DNA of 18,165 nucleotides from a virus (Duplodnaviria; Heunggongvirae; Uroviricota; Caudoviricetes): IMG/VR virus record IMGVR_UViG_2874951433_000003; one strand, 5' to 3'. Shown piece by piece: positions 17,840 to 18,165 of this stretch (position 1 is its first letter; each line of letters starts with the position of its first letter). The notes under the pieces were generated by a model. It saw only the letters and a program-made list of their open reading frames with translations, ran no database searches and was not told where the DNA came from. The position numbers and the translations under genes were made by a program.

Positions 17840-17895
17840 ATTATAGTTTTATTTGTGAATTAAATCAATTATGGCGATGAATTACAAGGGGTTAA

Positions 17896-18165
17896 ATGCT
17901 GCCGCAGCATAGCGATATTGAAATAGCCTGGTATGCTTCGATACAGCAGGAGCCGAATGGCTGGAAGACCGTCACCACACAGTTCTACATCCAGGGATTC
18001 AGTGAGCATATTGCGCCACTTCAGGATGCTGTAGATCTGGAGATCGCAACGGAGGAAGAAAACTCGTTGCTGGAAGCCTGGAAGAAGTATCGGGTGTTGC
18101 TGAACCGTGTTGATACATCAACTGCACCTGATATTGAGTGGCCGGAAGAACCAGACACAATGTAA
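17896..18165 (+). pseudogene. Tail fibre assembly protein (Tfa), C-terminal fragment
   Basis: ...[50 protein letters not shown] is the conserved Tfa C-terminal region. The ORF is only 89 aa and starts right after an in-frame TAA, so the N-terminal part is missing. Confidence 0.7.

Overview
This window reads as a Shigella/EIEC-type chromosomal segment: the core serU–mtfA–asnT locus with horizontally acquired, IS-eroded DNA on both sides. Left of tRNA-Asn (1..2040) lies the remnant of a P4/HPI-type integrase island, with an inactivated integrase ending next to the right end of an IS911-like element. Right of tRNA-Ser (3369 to the end) lies a degraded lambdoid, Qin-like prophage: integrase, a cut excisionase, two inverted IS1 copies around a truncated 3'-5' exonuclease gene, cargo ORFs, a hokD-like toxin, rem-like and ydfU-like genes, rusA, a Q-like ORF with an in-frame amber, a candidate late promoter/terminator pair, four tRNA genes, and an S21-type pinholin. 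The endolysin is cut after 6 codons by an IS66-family element, which is itself truncated by a complete IS600. After a phage gene fragment comes an AT-rich moron on the opposite strand, carrying a full-length IpaH E3 ubiquitin ligase with a perfect MxiE box upstream and an adjacent SAM-dependent methyltransferase, followed by a tail-fibre-assembly fragment. Nothing here is clearly a new system; the best candidates for follow-up are the methyltransferase–ipaH moron, the atypical phage tRNA, the orphan hok and pinholin, and the unassigned cargo ORFs at 6550..7364. All calls are from reading the sequence and recalled family knowledge; no searches were run.
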